A stretch of DNA of 63,841 nucleotides, filler included, from Octopus bimaculoides (lineage: Eukaryota), in assembly GCF_001194135.2 (NCBI RefSeq). It is 5 parts of 4 records of this genome, joined end to end, with 100 filler letters (N's around TTAATTAATTAA, not from the genome) between each part and the next. Parts side by side here need not be neighbours in the genome. Positions count along the whole stretch, not along the records: positions 40,187 to 58,046 come from NC_069006.1; positions 58,147 to 61,211 come from NW_026434237.1; positions 61,312 to 63,841 come from NC_069006.1; 2 more parts are not named here. One strand, written 5' to 3'. Positions 49,939 through 63,035 of this stretch are shown here, one piece after another. The stretch's first letter is position 1. Every line of letters begins with the position of its first letter. The notes beneath the pieces were generated by a model. That model ran no database searches, was not told where the DNA came from, and saw only the letters and a list, made by a program, of their open reading frames with translations. The position numbers were made by a program, and so were the translations under genes.

Positions 49939-50150
49939 TTCAAATTCATTTCAGTTGTCCATTACCATGTCGTCAAATTCATTTCAGTTGTCCATTACCA
50001 TGTCGTCAAATTCATTTCAGTTGTCCATTACCATGTCTTCAAATTCATTTCAGTTGTCCATTACCATGTCGTCAAATTCATTTCAGTTGTCCATTACCAT
50101 GTCGTCAAATTCATTTCAGTTGTTCATTACCATGTCATCAAATTCACTCA
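49939..50150. repeat. 33-bp tandem minisatellite, ~6 visible copies (TCGTCAAATTCATTTCAGTTGTCCATTACCATG)
   Basis: Read directly. It abuts a gap that may hide more copies. Confidence 0.95.
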
Positions 50151-50379
50151 GTTACTCAAGTTATTCAAGTTTATCACACAGTCACTTATTTCTATAATTC
50201 TGTCTTAGATTAGCTGAAAGAAAACTCTTAGATTTTTCAATTCTATATTACTATCATCAACATTTGCTGTCTCGTTAAACTATGCTACACAAATCCCAAA
50301 AGAATCTATCTCTCTCTCTCTCTCTCCTTCGTGTTCTGGCCACTAACCTTAACCCGCTCTGCCTTACTCTGTCTCTCTC

Positions 50380-50417
<38 letters not shown>

Positions 50418-50735
50418 TCTCTCCCTCGTGTTCTGGCCACTAACCCTAACCCTCTCTGCCTTACTCTGTCTCTCTCTCGATCTCACTCTCTCTCTTTCCT
50501 TCTCCCTCTTTCGATTACCTCTCGCTTCGCCAGGACTATGATCTAACGCATGTACCCCAATTCCCCCACTCGATCTTAATAGCTTTGCATCACTATGCTC
50601 ATAGTCACCTGCCCTCCTGCCCCCTCCACCTGTACCGGAAATTCCTCTCCTCTCCGATCCCTGGGTTGTCTCCCATGAATATTTCTAAAGGCTTCACGCC
50701 ACCCTCACCCCTACTTAGGGTTTATCTCCTCCTGC

Positions 50736-51113
50736 CAGTGCCCCTGGACTGGTTCTTGTGCGGTTGGCACATGAGATGCACCATTTTGAGCGTGGCCGTT
50801 GCCAGTACCGCCTGACTGGCTCCTGTAGGATTTTCGAGCGAGATCGTTGCCAGTGCCCCTGGACTGGCTTGTGCGGGTGGCACATAAAAGACACCATTTC
50901 GAGCGTGGCCGTTTTCGTGCGGGTGACACGTAAAAGCACCCACTACACTCTCTGAGTGGTTGGCGTTAGGAAGGGCATCCAGCTGTAGAAACTCTGCCAA
51001 ATCAGACTGGAGCCTGGTGTTGCCATCCGGTTTCACCAGTCCTCAGTCAAATCGTCCAACCCATGCTAGCATGGAAAGCGGACGTTAAACGATGATGATG
51101 ATGATGATGATGA
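50736..51113 (+). mobile_element. RTE-clade LINE 3' UTR with internal sub-repeats and (GAT)n tail
   Basis: Repeated GCCAGTGCCCCTGGACTGG..GTGCGG(G/T)TGGCAC units. The 3' end is nearly identical to the RTE tail at 45717-45839 (reverse) and 57088-57170. Confidence 0.8.
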
Positions 51114-51259
51114 TATGTAAGGTAGTGATCATATAGAGCAAAAATATGATAGTATGCAGGTTGAAATGAAGGCTACTGCTTGTTTATGAATTTTGCAAAA
51201 TGCGAGCTCTCTTTTTAGGCATATGATGCTGCTGTTCCCCGCCCCAGGGTCTCACGGGC

Positions 51260-52908
51260 CCATACCTCCCACACCCTCAGGGTTGGCACTCTCAACATCG
51301 ATACACTGAAAGGTAGGTCTGGTGAGATTGTTGAGATGCTTGAACGGAGATGTGTCGATATCTACTGACTCCAAGAAGTAAGGTGGAGAGGAGGTTCCAC
51401 TAGGTTCCTCACAGGCAAAGAACACACGTACAAGATTTTCTGGGCAGGGGACACAGACAGTCGGGGGCGTGGGTATACTTCTTGCGGAGAAATGGGTGGA
51501 TAAGGTAATCGAGGTAGTCAGAGTATGCAATAGAATACTTAAGATTAGATTAGTCCTTCATCATGGGTTAGCAACCATTATCTTGGCCTATGCCCCTCAG
51601 CCGGGGCTACCGGATGGACAGAAAGACCGATTTTATGACACCCGCTTGCAGACTACCTCATTGACAAATGACAGGGACCTTCTCTTTGTGGCTGGTAACT
51701 TCAATGACCTTATGGTTTGAAATACTAACTTCAGGAAACCTGCCAGTCACCTAGTCACCTACCGTTCTGGCAGACACACTAGTCAAATTGACTACATCCT
51801 CGCCAGGAAAAGGGAAAGATGGCTGCTTATAAATGCCAAAACCTTCCCAGGCGAAGAATGTACACCACAACATAGACTAGTAGTTAGTGACTTCTGGATC
51901 AGGGCTAAGTGGTTGCCCAGAAGACGACCAGCATGGAGGAGAAGGGTCTGGAAGCTTAAAGATCCTGTGAATGGAAACAGATTTAGAGACTTATTACTCG
52001 AAGCGTTTGACGAAAAAGAGGGGGATATAGCTTCACAAGATATAGAAGGCAACTGGAGGTTTCTATGGGACAATCTGCTGAGGGCCACTGACCAGATCTG
52101 TGGATAGTGCAAAGTCTCCTCTTGACCCAAAATAACGTGGTGGTGGAACAATGTTGTAGACAGGGCTATTAGACAAAAGAAACAGGCTTGGAAGGACTGG
52201 AAGAACAGTGGTAGCAGGGAATTGAATCAGACTGCCAGAAGGGAAGTTAGGAGACAGGTTTATTTAGCCAGAGGGGGAGCAGATAAGAAAAAACTTGCCA
52301 ATGTTCTGCGCTGTGAGGACCAAAGACTTGAGGTATTTTGTGTTGCAAAACAGTGTGTGAGAGAGAATCGTGATGTCATAGGAGAGAAATGTATCTGCAT
52401 GATGGCTCACATACACTAAACGTGGCTGCAAAGCGAGAGGTTTGGAGACGCCACTATGAAAGGCTGCTCAATAAAGAGAACGAATAGGAGAAAGAGAGTC
52501 AACCCAACAGAGGGACCAGCTATCCAAGTTGGCAGTACCATGGTAGATAAAGCAATTAAGAGTGTGAAGTCAGGGAAAGCCCCCGGTCCATCAGGAATCA
52601 GTGCAGAGATGCTCAAAATATCTGGCAGTATTGGCTATAACTTAGTCGCCCGTATTGTTAACCAGGTGATACACGAAGGAGTCATACCCAATGACTGGTG
52701 TAGCAGCACCATAGTCAACTGCTACAATGGTAAAGGTGACACTTTAAATACAAATAATTACAGAGGTATCAAGTTGTTGGATCAGGTAATGAAAGTCACA
52801 GAGAGGGTCATAGCCCAACTAATTAGGGAGAGAGTTAGTTTAGACTAGATGCAGTTTGGGTTTGTGCCAGGGAAAAAGCACCACTGATGCAATATTCCTG
52901 GTAAGACA
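51260..52908 (+). mobile_element. RTE-clade LINE fragment (APE endonuclease to start of RT), decayed
   Basis: HTLRVGTLNIDTLKGRSGEIVEMLERR..LQEVRW; GVGILL..VISAYAPQ-like segment; FVAGNFN; KSGKAPGPSGISAEMLK..IPNDWCSSTIVNCYNGKGD..NNYRGIKLL. Contains stops and frameshifts. Confidence 0.92.
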
Positions 52909-53175
52909 GTGCCTTACTATGGCCCAAGTTATGTTATACATGGCAGAACTATTATTTTAACATGTTATGTCTATTTATCACCCAAAGAGACACATCTGCA
53001 CTGTTGGATGCTCCTGAACCAGTTAAGTATCCCACTCGTGAGAGATCGATAGTGATTAATTAGAACATTCATATTTTCCATCTTCCGTCTCTCATTTGCC
53101 ATACACATAACGAACACTATTAAAGAGGCCATGCTTTACCAGTAAGCTACCAGGTATAAACCATTCATTTTATTA

Positions 53176-53210
<35 letters not shown>

Positions 53211-53789
53211 NNNNNNNNNNNNNNNNNNNNNNNNNNNNNNNNNNNNNNNNNNNNNNNNNNNNNNNNNNNNNNNNNNNNNNNNNNNNNNNNNNNNNNNNNN
53301 NNNNNNNNNNNNNNNNNNNNNNNNNNNNNNNNNNNNNNNNNNNNNNNNNNNNNNNNNNNNNNNNNNNNNNNNNNNNNNNNNNNNNNNNNNNNNNNNNNNN
53401 NNNNNNNNNNNNNNNNATATATCTATACACGTATATATGTATATATATATATATGTGTGTGTATATATATATATATATATATACACACGTATATATATAT
53501 ATATATATATGTATGTATACTAGCAGAGACACCTGGCGTTGCTTGGGATTAAAATGCCAAAGTTTGTATATAATATATAATATACTACAGTTATGGTGAA
53601 ACAGGTGATATGGGAAAGATACAGGATTGGCAACAAAATACTTGTGGAGTAAATGATGGGCTAATTCAACTAAGCAACATGCTATGCGTCCATTTGGAGT
53701 ATTTCAGGTCCTAACCTGTGGGGGCTATGTAATTTTGGAACGTACCGTGAAACTGTCATTAGATATACTCTCTTTTGTAGCAGTCGGCG

Positions 53790-54480
53790 CTGTGTCGAAG
53801 ACGTCCCATCATCTGAAATGTTGTCACCTCCTTCGGGTTCGTTGTCCAACATCACTCATAAAGTAAATTTGGAGGAACTGTGGTTGTTCATTTGCAGGTA
53901 ACAGGGAACCAATGGGGTGATAGACTTGCCCTTGAACTTTGACGTTGTCATATATTCATGTTCATCTATCTTCTTAGATGCAACAAACGATGTCATTTGC
54001 AGTGTTGTATTGTCTGATATTGTTCAGAAAATCCTTTGACTGGATAGAAATGCCTTGTAGAAGATCCATAAGAGGTTGAGAAGGAGCTGGTAGTGCTGAC
54101 AATGTTACTTGACCGCCTGAGCAGCACATACCATTTGTTTCTTTTGAAAATTTTAAAGTGCTACAGAAAAATTAATTTGTGTTTAGCACACCGATTTGGA
54201 CAGTGTTATTATTTTTATAAGAATGGGATGGATCATATCTAAAAACAGCTTCAGAAGTTGTGAAGAACGAATTTGTACGTAGTCTGTTTCTGAGAGCTAT
54301 TCTCTTGGAACTCTGTCTAATCATTAAAACATTGATTTAATGATCCGGCATTAAGTGCTGCAACATGCATTTGCTGATGTTGAGAAAATCTCATCTAGCT
54401 TCTCTCTTCAGACTCTCCTACAATCCTCCTTGCTTTATACTTGTTTCTGGAGAGATTACGTTTATTCTTTGGTGGCATAT
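53790..54480 (-). mobile_element. Helitron RepHel N-terminal fragment, decayed
   Basis: AVFRYDPSHSY..QIG..FCSTLKFSKETNGMCCSGGQVTL..KDFLNNIRQYN../QMTSF../KVQGQVYHPIGSLLPANEQPQFLQIYFMSD with two frameshifts. Confidence 0.85.
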
Positions 54481-55319
54481 TTTCCCCAATATTGTAAACA
54501 AAAGATTATGAACATAGAAAGAAATTATACATTAATCCCTAATTTTGTAAGCAGTTGTATCCGTAAAAATTTTATTTGAAGAAAGCAGGAATTGAAAGAA
54601 CAGAAAGCAAAAAGAACAGAAAAAAAAAGTGAAAGATGTCTATATGAAATGGACGTGTGGGTGTGCATGTGTGTGTGCTTGAGCATGTGTATGTGAGAGA
54701 GAAAGAGGGTGAGAAAGAGAGATAAAATAAGTGAGTGAAGGTGTGTGTTGTGATGAGTGATGTCTTTTAAGGTACACACACATATAGAAAATGTGACATC
54801 ATTGTATAAAATTTTTACGATAGTTGATTTATGGAAACGATTATTTGAAATGCAAATTATATGAATGGAAATTAAGTTTAATTTGTAGCCAAAATCTTTT
54901 GATACCCCATACGTCAAAATCTGTAACTCGGTTTTGGAAAGCATAAGGAATATATAATATAAAGGATAGTATGTCACATAACAATACAGACGTAAGACCT
55001 GGTAGAAATAGCAGCCAAATCTCCCTCAAACACCCTACCGTCTTAATCCAACAATTCTGTCTATTATGTAGTTCGAATGAGAAATTGTAACTAAAGATTA
55101 CGATTATTAACCCCACAGAGAGAAGAAAGAAGAGAGACAGCATAGCGACGGTTTTGGCTGACTGTCATCCTGTACTCCCCTTGTTGCTAGTGAAATGGTA
55201 TATGCCGGCTGTCTGAGAAACTGGTTGTTTTAATGGCGGAACAAACAGGACATTAAAGATTACCAAAATAGCGATTCTCACTTTGAAACTAACAACTTTG
55301 AAAATCTTTTTAGATTATG

Positions 55320-55415
55320 GAATGCCCAGCTCTCTCATGTATCCATGTTTAAAATTTCAGCGCGATCGGATGAACAATACTCGAGTTCTAAGTGCACAAA
55401 CAGACAGATAGAATG
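55320..55415 (+). mobile_element. Possible non-autonomous Helitron-type 3' end
   Basis: AAAATTTCAGCGCGATCGG..ACAAACAGACAGA..TTTTATATATA resembles common animal Helitron/HINE termini. Resemblance only. Confidence 0.3.
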
Positions 55416-56359
55416 AATTTTATATATATATGTGTGTCTGTGTGTATGTATGTGTGTGTGTGTGTATGTATGTGTGTGTGTGTGTGCATATATATTTATA
55501 TGTATGTATATATATGTGTGTGTGTGTATTTATGTTTGATTGTTTGTGCATGTGTGTGTACCTGTGATTGTATCCACACTACCATTGGACAATCTGTGGA
55601 GATGTTTTTACTTCCCTGGCACTTAGTGGTTCACCAAAAGAGACTGATAGAATAAGTACCAGCCTTTAAAGCAAAAATACAGGGGTCAATTTGTTCAACT
55701 AAAATCCTTCAAGTCAGTGCCCCAGCATGGTCGCTGTCTAATGACTGAAACAAGTAAACGGAAAAAGATAACTGTAGAAGCCCTGGAAACATGTAAAGAG
55801 ATGAAGCTGAGTGAAGAAGGGAAACTTCTTTCGAAATGGAAACAAACAAAATAAAGGTTTTACTCACTGTTTTATCCAACCAAAATTTTCCTTCAGCGCT
55901 AAAAAGTAAATATGGCCTCAGAATCAATGATATAGGAAGAAAGAATGATGCATTTGACTTTCTTGAATTTCTTCCAAACGTGATATTGACCAACTCATCA
56001 TACCAAATATTTAAAGAACCTGTAAAATCATCATGTATGTGACTACGTGTAACTTCAACGGTCCAGTATGCCACTAGAAATGAGAGGGAGAAAATTGGAC
56101 ATCAGTGACAACAAAGTTCCAAAATGAATAAACTTAAAATGTCAATTACTTTTATAAGGAGGGCGATTTCAAAGGAAATTATAAGAAGATGATTGGAAAA
56201 TATTGTCTCTGCTCTTCTACCATAGTTTATTACAGTTTTTACATTTAGGTGGGACTGTGTAGGAGGAAATTTGCTTCCCAGCCACATGGTTCTGGGCAAG
56301 TGTCTTGTACAACAGCTTTGGGTCAACTAAAATCTTGTGGGTGGATTTAGGGAATGGAA

Positions 56360-57170
56360 ACCTAAGGGAACCCATCATGTTATGGCACCTGTGCCCAGCG
56401 TCGCTTTCCTGGCACTTGTGCTGGTGGCACATGTAAAGACATTCGAGTGAGATCATTGCCAGTGCCACTGGACTGGCTTCTGTGCAGGTGGCACGTAAAN
56501 NNNNNNNNNNNNNNNNNNNNNNNNNNNNNNNNNNNNNNNNNNNNNNNNNNNNNNNNNNNNNNNNNNNNNNNNNNNNNNNNNNNNNNNNNNNNNNNNNNNN
56601 NNNNNNNNNNNNNNNNNNNNNNNNNNNNNNNNNNNNNNNNNNNNNNNNNNNNNNNNNNNNNNNNNNNNNNNNNNNNNNNNNNNNNNNNNNNNNNNNNNNN
56701 NNNNNNNNNNNNNNNNNNNNNNNNNNNNNNNNNNNNNNNNNNNNNNNNNNNNNNNNNNNNNNNNNNNNNNNNNNNNNNNNNNNNNNNNNNNNNNNNNNNN
56801 NNNNNNNNNNNNNNNNNNNNNNNNNNNNNNNNNNNNNNNNNNNNNNNNNNNNNNNNNNNNNNNNNNNNNNNNNNNNNNNNNNNNNNNNNNNNNNNNNNNN
56901 NNNNNNNNNNNNNNNNNNNNNNNNNNNNNNNNNNNNNNNNNNNNNNNNNNNNNNNNNNNNNNNNNNNNNNNNNNNNNNNNNNNNNNNNNNNNNNNNNNNN
57001 NNNNNNNNNNNNNNNNNNNNNNNNNNNNNNNNNNNNNNNNNNNNNNNNNNNNNNNNNNNNNNNNNNNNNNNNNNNNNNNNNNNNNNGTGTAGCCATCCGG
57101 TTCGCCAGTCCTCAGTCAAATCGTCCAACCCATGCTAGCATGGAAAGCGGACGTTAAACAATGATGATGA
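56360..57170 (+). mobile_element. RTE-clade 3' UTR copy spanning a gap
   Basis: Shares GCCAGTGCC(A/C)CTGGACTGG units and the terminal CAGTCCTCAGTCAAATCGTCCAACCCATGCTAGCATGGAAAGCGGACGTTAAAC. Confidence 0.75.
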
Positions 57171-57515
57171 TGATATATATATATATATATATAATGGCAT
57201 TTTTTTTATATAAGCTTAAAGCTTATGACGATCATCGTGCAATGACTAAGGAAAATAAAGGGGCATATAAGCTCTCAACAGAAAAAAGAAGTCTTTCCTA
57301 TCTGTGTGGGAGACGAACCCACTTCCCTTTGTTAACATGACTAAGTGAGTTACCTTTACCCCAGCGAATCAGCCTCTCTTTTCCTGTCAAATTTAAGAAC
57401 TATAATAGTTTGTATTTGCTTTTCTATATGCAAACAAACTTTCTATATGCTTTTGGTGTGAATGGTTTTTTATACAATGCCGTTTTTGTAAAAATGTATA
57501 ATGTATGTATGTATG

Positions 57516-57549
<34 letters not shown>

Positions 57550-58046
57550 TGTATGTATGTATAAAATTATTATGAACAGCTAGGTGCAATACAATACCGT
57601 AAAGGAAAAAAATTTATAAAGACTAATTGTGACTGAGTGTGCCAATACAAGAATATTGCAAGAAATAAGAGCTAACACACCACTTAATGTAAGAGCTCAT
57701 CATCATCATTTAACATCTGCTCTCCATGGGTCAGACGGTTTGGCTGGATCTGATGCGCTAGAGATCTGCACTAGGTAATTGTCAGATCTGGTATGATTTC
57801 TACAGCTGGATGCCCTTCCTAATGCCAACCACTCCAGGAGTGTAATGAGTGCTTTTACCTACCTTTGGGATGGGTGCAATGACGATGACTATAATTCATG
57901 AGTGGGGGCCATTTTCATGGCACCAACAAGGACTAGGAATACAATTCATAACTGCCATTTGCATGGCACTGGCAATGACCATAACATATGGGCACTGCCA
58001 ACCTCCATGATTCCAGGTTGCCAGTTTGCATGGCACCATCCATGAC

Positions 58047-58146
58047 NNNNNNNNNNNNNNNNNNNNNNNNNNNNNNNNNNNNNNNNNNNNTTAATTAATT
58101 AANNNNNNNNNNNNNNNNNNNNNNNNNNNNNNNNNNNNNNNNNNNN
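58047..58146. other. Artificial scaffold-join spacer
   Basis: 44 N + TTAATTAATTAA (58091-58102) + 44 N. Confidence 0.95.
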
Positions 58147-58186
<40 letters not shown>

Positions 58187-58413
58187 ATGTATATAATACT
58201 ACATTTTCCTTCATACAAATTAAACACGCAGAGCTAAAGTGACTGGTTACGATAATATTTGTTCGTCGCCACATAATTGTTTCTAGTTAACATATTTAAT
58301 GGGAATTGAATTAAATATGTTAACACAGATTTTCAGCTGTGGCAGAACACATTTAGCCAAAGAGCTTGAACACCATGTCTGACAGAATGTTCTAAGCGTC
58401 TCATTGCTTACTA

Positions 58414-58447
<34 letters not shown>

Positions 58448-59218
58448 ACACACATGCCGAACAAAACAGCCACAGCAAAGTACAAATGTGTTTTTCTTTC
58501 TAAATAAAANNNNNNNNNNNNNNNNNNNNNNNNNNNNNNNNNNNNNNNNNNNNNNNNNNNNNNNNNNNNNNNNNNNNNNNNNNNNNNNNNNNNNNNNNNN
58601 NNNNNNNNNNNNNNNNNNNNNNNNNNNNNNNNNNNNNNNNNNNNNNNNNNNNNNNNNNNNNNNNNNNNNNNNNNNNNNNNNNNNNNNNNNNNNNNNNNNN
58701 NNNNNNNNNNNNNNNNNNNNNNNNNNNNNNNNNNNNNNNNNNNNNNNNNNNNNNNNNNNNNNNNNNNNNNNNNNNNNNNNNNNNNNNNNNNNNNNNNNNN
58801 NNNNNNNNNNNNNNNNNNNNNNNNNNNNNNNNNNNNNNNNNNNNNNNNNNNNNNNNNNNNNNNNNNNNNNNNNNNNNNNNNNNNNNNNNNNNNNNNNNNN
58901 NNNNNNNNNNNNNNNNNNNNNNNNNNNNNNNNNNNNNNNNNNNNNNNNNNNNNNNNNNNNNNNNNNNNNNNNNNNNNNNNNNNNNNNNNNNNNNNNNNNN
59001 NNNNNNNNNNNNNNNNNNNNNNNNNNNNNNNNNNNNNNNNNNNNNNNNNNNNNNNNNNNNNNNNNNNNNNNNNNNNNNNNNNNNNNNNNNNNNNNNNNNN
59101 NNNNNNNNNNNNNNNNNNNNNNNNNNNNNNNNNNNNNNNNNNNNNNNNNNNNNNNNNNNNNNNNNNNNNNNNNNNNNNNNNNNNNNNNNNNNNNNNNNNN
59201 NNNNNNNNNNNNNNNNNN

Positions 59219-59271
<53 letters not shown>

Positions 59272-61211
59272 TGTGTGTGTGTTCATATATATATATACGC
59301 ATATAAATATGTGTGTGTGTGTGTATAAACATGCATATGCACATACATAAATGCCTACAGCTGTGGTGGCAAAAAGCTTGCTTCTCTACCACATGGTTCA
59401 AGGTTCAGTTCCACTGCGTGGTACTTTCTACTATAGCCTCGGGCCAACCAGAACCCTGTGAGTGGATTTGGTTGATGGAAACTGAAAGAAGCCTATCGTA
59501 TATATATAAGTATGTATGTATAGGTATACGTACATATACATACATACATATATATATATACATGCATATATGTATGTATATGTACGCATAATTATACATA
59601 CACATACACACACGCAGATGTCAATTCAACGAATATATATATATACAGTTAGAATTTACAAAAAAAAAAAAAGACGAAGACTGGTGTGTAAACAACAAAC
59701 AGATGTATTAGCTTAACGCAAATGGCTGTTAAGTGGTAGGGACTAGTTTCTTCATGTGCAAAATATTCATTGTTTAAAAGGAAGTAAAAAAGAATCTGAA
59801 AATCGGCTAGAATAATGTAGCCTTCCAGTCTCATTGCTTTGAAGGTATGACGTTGTGGAGAAAAGAATTCGAGAAAAATGTTACAGAAATTTAAAAATCG
59901 AAAAACTGGTTATTTTTAGCCAATAGCGAGTCAGAAATTTTCTGCGTTTAGCGGAGCGGTGTCAACTTTAAGTTTGTACCCTGTGAAATTTATAGTTTAG
60001 CGTCTGACTTGTTCATTGTAGGTTTCTCAATAAACAGAAGCAACTAATTTCATTGTAGGTTTCTAAATAAACAGAAATGCTTAATAAAATCAACATGTAT
60101 CATCTTACAGTTTCTTTTGTCTCTTCATTGATTGAATGGTTTTATCATTTTTTAAAATTGGTTATATTAATATATTTGTCTGCATGTGTTTACTTTATAC
60201 ATATTTCAGTATCATGTATACCTGCCATGTATTTATGTACATTATTAATATATAAGTGCATGTGTGTGGGAAAAGGGAACGTCTGTCTCCAAAACTCCAA
60301 AGTTGTGTAACGTTTTTATGCTTGAATTTGTAAACTACGATAAGAATAACACTGGTCAACAAAGAATTTGTCCCAAGGAAAAGAATACCTTTATCTTATA
60401 CGTTTTAGCATGCATAATTCAAAAATAATGGCAAATTATTTGTATCACCCACAGTTTCTCTGTTCCACGATATCTCTCTCAGTTCCTGTTACGTGGACTA
60501 AATTTCAGTTAAGGTATTGAAATGTGAAGCGAACGGTTTAAGAAATACCCCTAATATGTTTATGAGTAGAATTAACCTAGTGAAATCATAAATCCAGCTA
60601 TCTGTGTCAATGTGTCCCAAAAACATTTGAAATGAAAATTATGTGAAAATATTGGCAAAGAGAAAAAGCACAGAAAATTATGTAATATATTAGCACCCAG
60701 AAAAATTAAAACAAGACATGCAGGCGAAAAGTATCTCGTGGCGGAAACGAAAGAACGAACAGTGGAATGAACGAATAAGGGTGAAGGGGCTGATAGACAG
60801 AAATAGAGTCATACAAGATTTAGAATAATGTGTAATTACATATAAGAGACAAAGTATGTATGTATGTATGTATGTATGTATGTATGTATATATATATATA
60901 TTCAACGTGCTAGAAATAGATCACATCTTGTGTCTACTAAAACCTAAATTGTTCTGAGATTGCAGATATTGTTTCTGAATCTCTTTGATTCTTTAAATGT
61001 GCTAGCTTCCTGGTAATTAATCGATATTAATTAATATATGATTTTTTACCCTATGTTTTAATTTATTAACCATAACCAAGTTCTCAAACTGGATATATGC
61101 GACGCAGTAAATATTTTCTGCAGACATATTCCTGGAATTAGCGCGCCAAAATGAAGACTTGTGAATTTTACCATTAAGCTGTAATTAACAGAACCACATA
61201 CACGTGCACCT

Positions 61212-61311
61212 NNNNNNNNNNNNNNNNNNNNNNNNNNNNNNNNNNNNNNNNNNNNTTAATTAATTAANNNNNNNNNNNNNNNNNNNNNNNNNNNNNNNNN
61301 NNNNNNNNNNN
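61212..61311. other. Artificial scaffold-join spacer
   Basis: 44 N + TTAATTAATTAA (61256-61267) + 44 N. Confidence 0.95.
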
Positions 61312-61322
61312 TATATATATCA

Positions 61323-61385
61323 TCTCAATGTACATGCAACGTATATATAGCTATATATATATATATACGTTGCATGTACATTGAG
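61323..61385. repeat. Short perfect hairpin around a (TA)n core
   Basis: CTCAATGTACATGCAACGTATATA ... TATATACGTTGCATGTACATTGAG. Confidence 0.85.
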
Positions 61386-61904
61386 GTAAATTTCCTGCTA
61401 TTACAGGGAAACCGAGCGAATCAAATGGAAGCAGTTGGTTTAACTCGCTGGAATTGTTGACCTTACTATTGAAAATGGTGCCCACGATGCTGGCGATGGT
61501 GGTTTTAGCGATTGTGGTGTTGGGGGCGATGGTGGTGATGATGGTGATGTTACGGCTGTTGTTAGTGTTGCTGTTGGTGGCGGTGGCGGTGGCAGATCCT
61601 TGGTGCGGTCCGCGCTGCTGAATACATCTTTGTGTAATTGTAATTGTAATTGCATTCGCTGTTGAAGCTTTTGAAATTAATTTCGACGTTTGTTTGTTGA
61701 TGTTGTTGTTATTGTTGCTGTTCCGGTATTTTTACTTCTTGAAAATTCAATCATTTAAATAAACTGAATATTAAGGATTATCTAGGGCAAGAATTGGAAG
61801 GGGCTTTTAAATCGATTGCTTCTGGATCAATTCCTTAGGGCTTCAAATCCTGTTTGTTTGACCTCATTGCTGGTGTTACTCTTCTGATGCTTTTAGCCGC
61901 AGTA

Positions 61905-62038
61905 ATAGTAGTAGCCGTAGTAGTAGTAGTAGTAGTAGTATTAGGAGCAGCAGCAGTACAGTAGAAAGTAGTAGCAGTAGAAGTAGATGAAATAGTAGAT
62001 GAAATAGTAGTAGTAGTAGTAGTAGCAGCAGCAGAAGA

Positions 62039-62097
<59 letters not shown>

Positions 62098-62195
62098 CAG
62101 CAGCAGCAGCAGCAGCAGCAGCTGTAGAAAAAGAAGAAGAAGAAGAAGAAGAAGAAGAAGAAGAGGGGAAGAAGTTGTAGTAGTAGTAGTAGTAG
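61905..62195. repeat. Compound trinucleotide array (TAG)n-(CAG)n-(GAA)n
   Basis: Read directly. Confidence 0.9.
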
Positions 62196-62348
62196 CTTAT
62201 AAGTCGTATGGTATAGATCTGGTAGTTTGCCGGTAAAGTAGGTTCACTGGCTCACCGGTTCGTTGGGTGTGCTATGCTAGATGAGTCGCAATAAATGTAA
62301 CGATAAAAAAAGATTCTCGTATCTTCCATCTTCCGTCTCTCTCATTAA

Positions 62349-62400
<52 letters not shown>

Positions 62401-62776
62401 TTACGTATACATCTTTTAGTTTTTCCAGCCAATTCTTACTGATGTGATGCCGTTAGTATAAGCAAAGGAATCAGATACGTTATCTTACCACGTAATAATG
62501 ACCTCTCTTAAAGACAAACCAAAGAACCTGTCTTGAACTGGACATCAGAGGTAGTCTAATACTAACGAGCTGTACCATTCTCTATGCAAGGTTTTCCCCA
62601 TAGTTCCTTGTATTAGGTAACTGATGAGGAGTTGGAAGACTTGAAAGTATCGCAAAGTCATCCATTCCGATGTGTGATACAGGGGAGTGAAAACCAGACT
62701 TCTGAAATATGCAGCAATATTGCAGATACCCAGATGGGGATGATGTATATATTTAGCTGTAAATATACTAAAATTT

Positions 62777-63035
62777 GGAGGCGCATGGCTTAGTGGTACG
62801 CGTGTCAGCATCATAATCGTAAGATTGTGGTTTCGATTCCTGGACCGGGCGACGCGTTGTGTTCTTGAGCAAAGCACTTCATTTCACGTTGCTCTAGTCC
62901 ACTCAGCTGGCAAAAAAGAGTAACGCTTCGATGGACTGGCGTCCTATCCAGCTGGGGAACACATACGCCATTGAAAGCGAGAAACCGGGCCTATGAGCCT
63001 GGCTAGCTTTAAAAGGGTACATTTATTTATTTTAT
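62777..63035 (+). mobile_element. Full-length tRNA-derived SINE
   Basis: GGAGGCGCATGGCTTAGTGG (A box), GGTTTCGATTCC (B box), central GTGTTCTTGAGCAAAGCACTTCATTTCACG, (ATTT)n tail. Family also at ~812-915, 4598-5220 and ~11330-11520. Confidence 0.85.

Noticed and set aside
49939-50150. 33-bp repeats as a CRISPR array
   Set aside because: Head-to-tail with no unique spacers, eukaryotic context, no cas genes.
55836-56042. 68-aa ORF with GRKNDAFDFLEFL, faintly like a USP QQDAxEFL motif
   Set aside because: No catalytic Cys or His box, in-frame stop, no splice support.
61386-61760. Pro-rich or Thr/Asn-rich open frames on the minus strand and a hydrophobic frame on the plus strand
   Set aside because: Degenerate GGT/TGT triplet low-complexity DNA bounded by stops.
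62777-62860. tRNA-like sequences (also 43885-43950)
   Set aside because: They have A/B boxes but no complete cloverleaf and continue into SINE bodies, so they are not tRNA genes.
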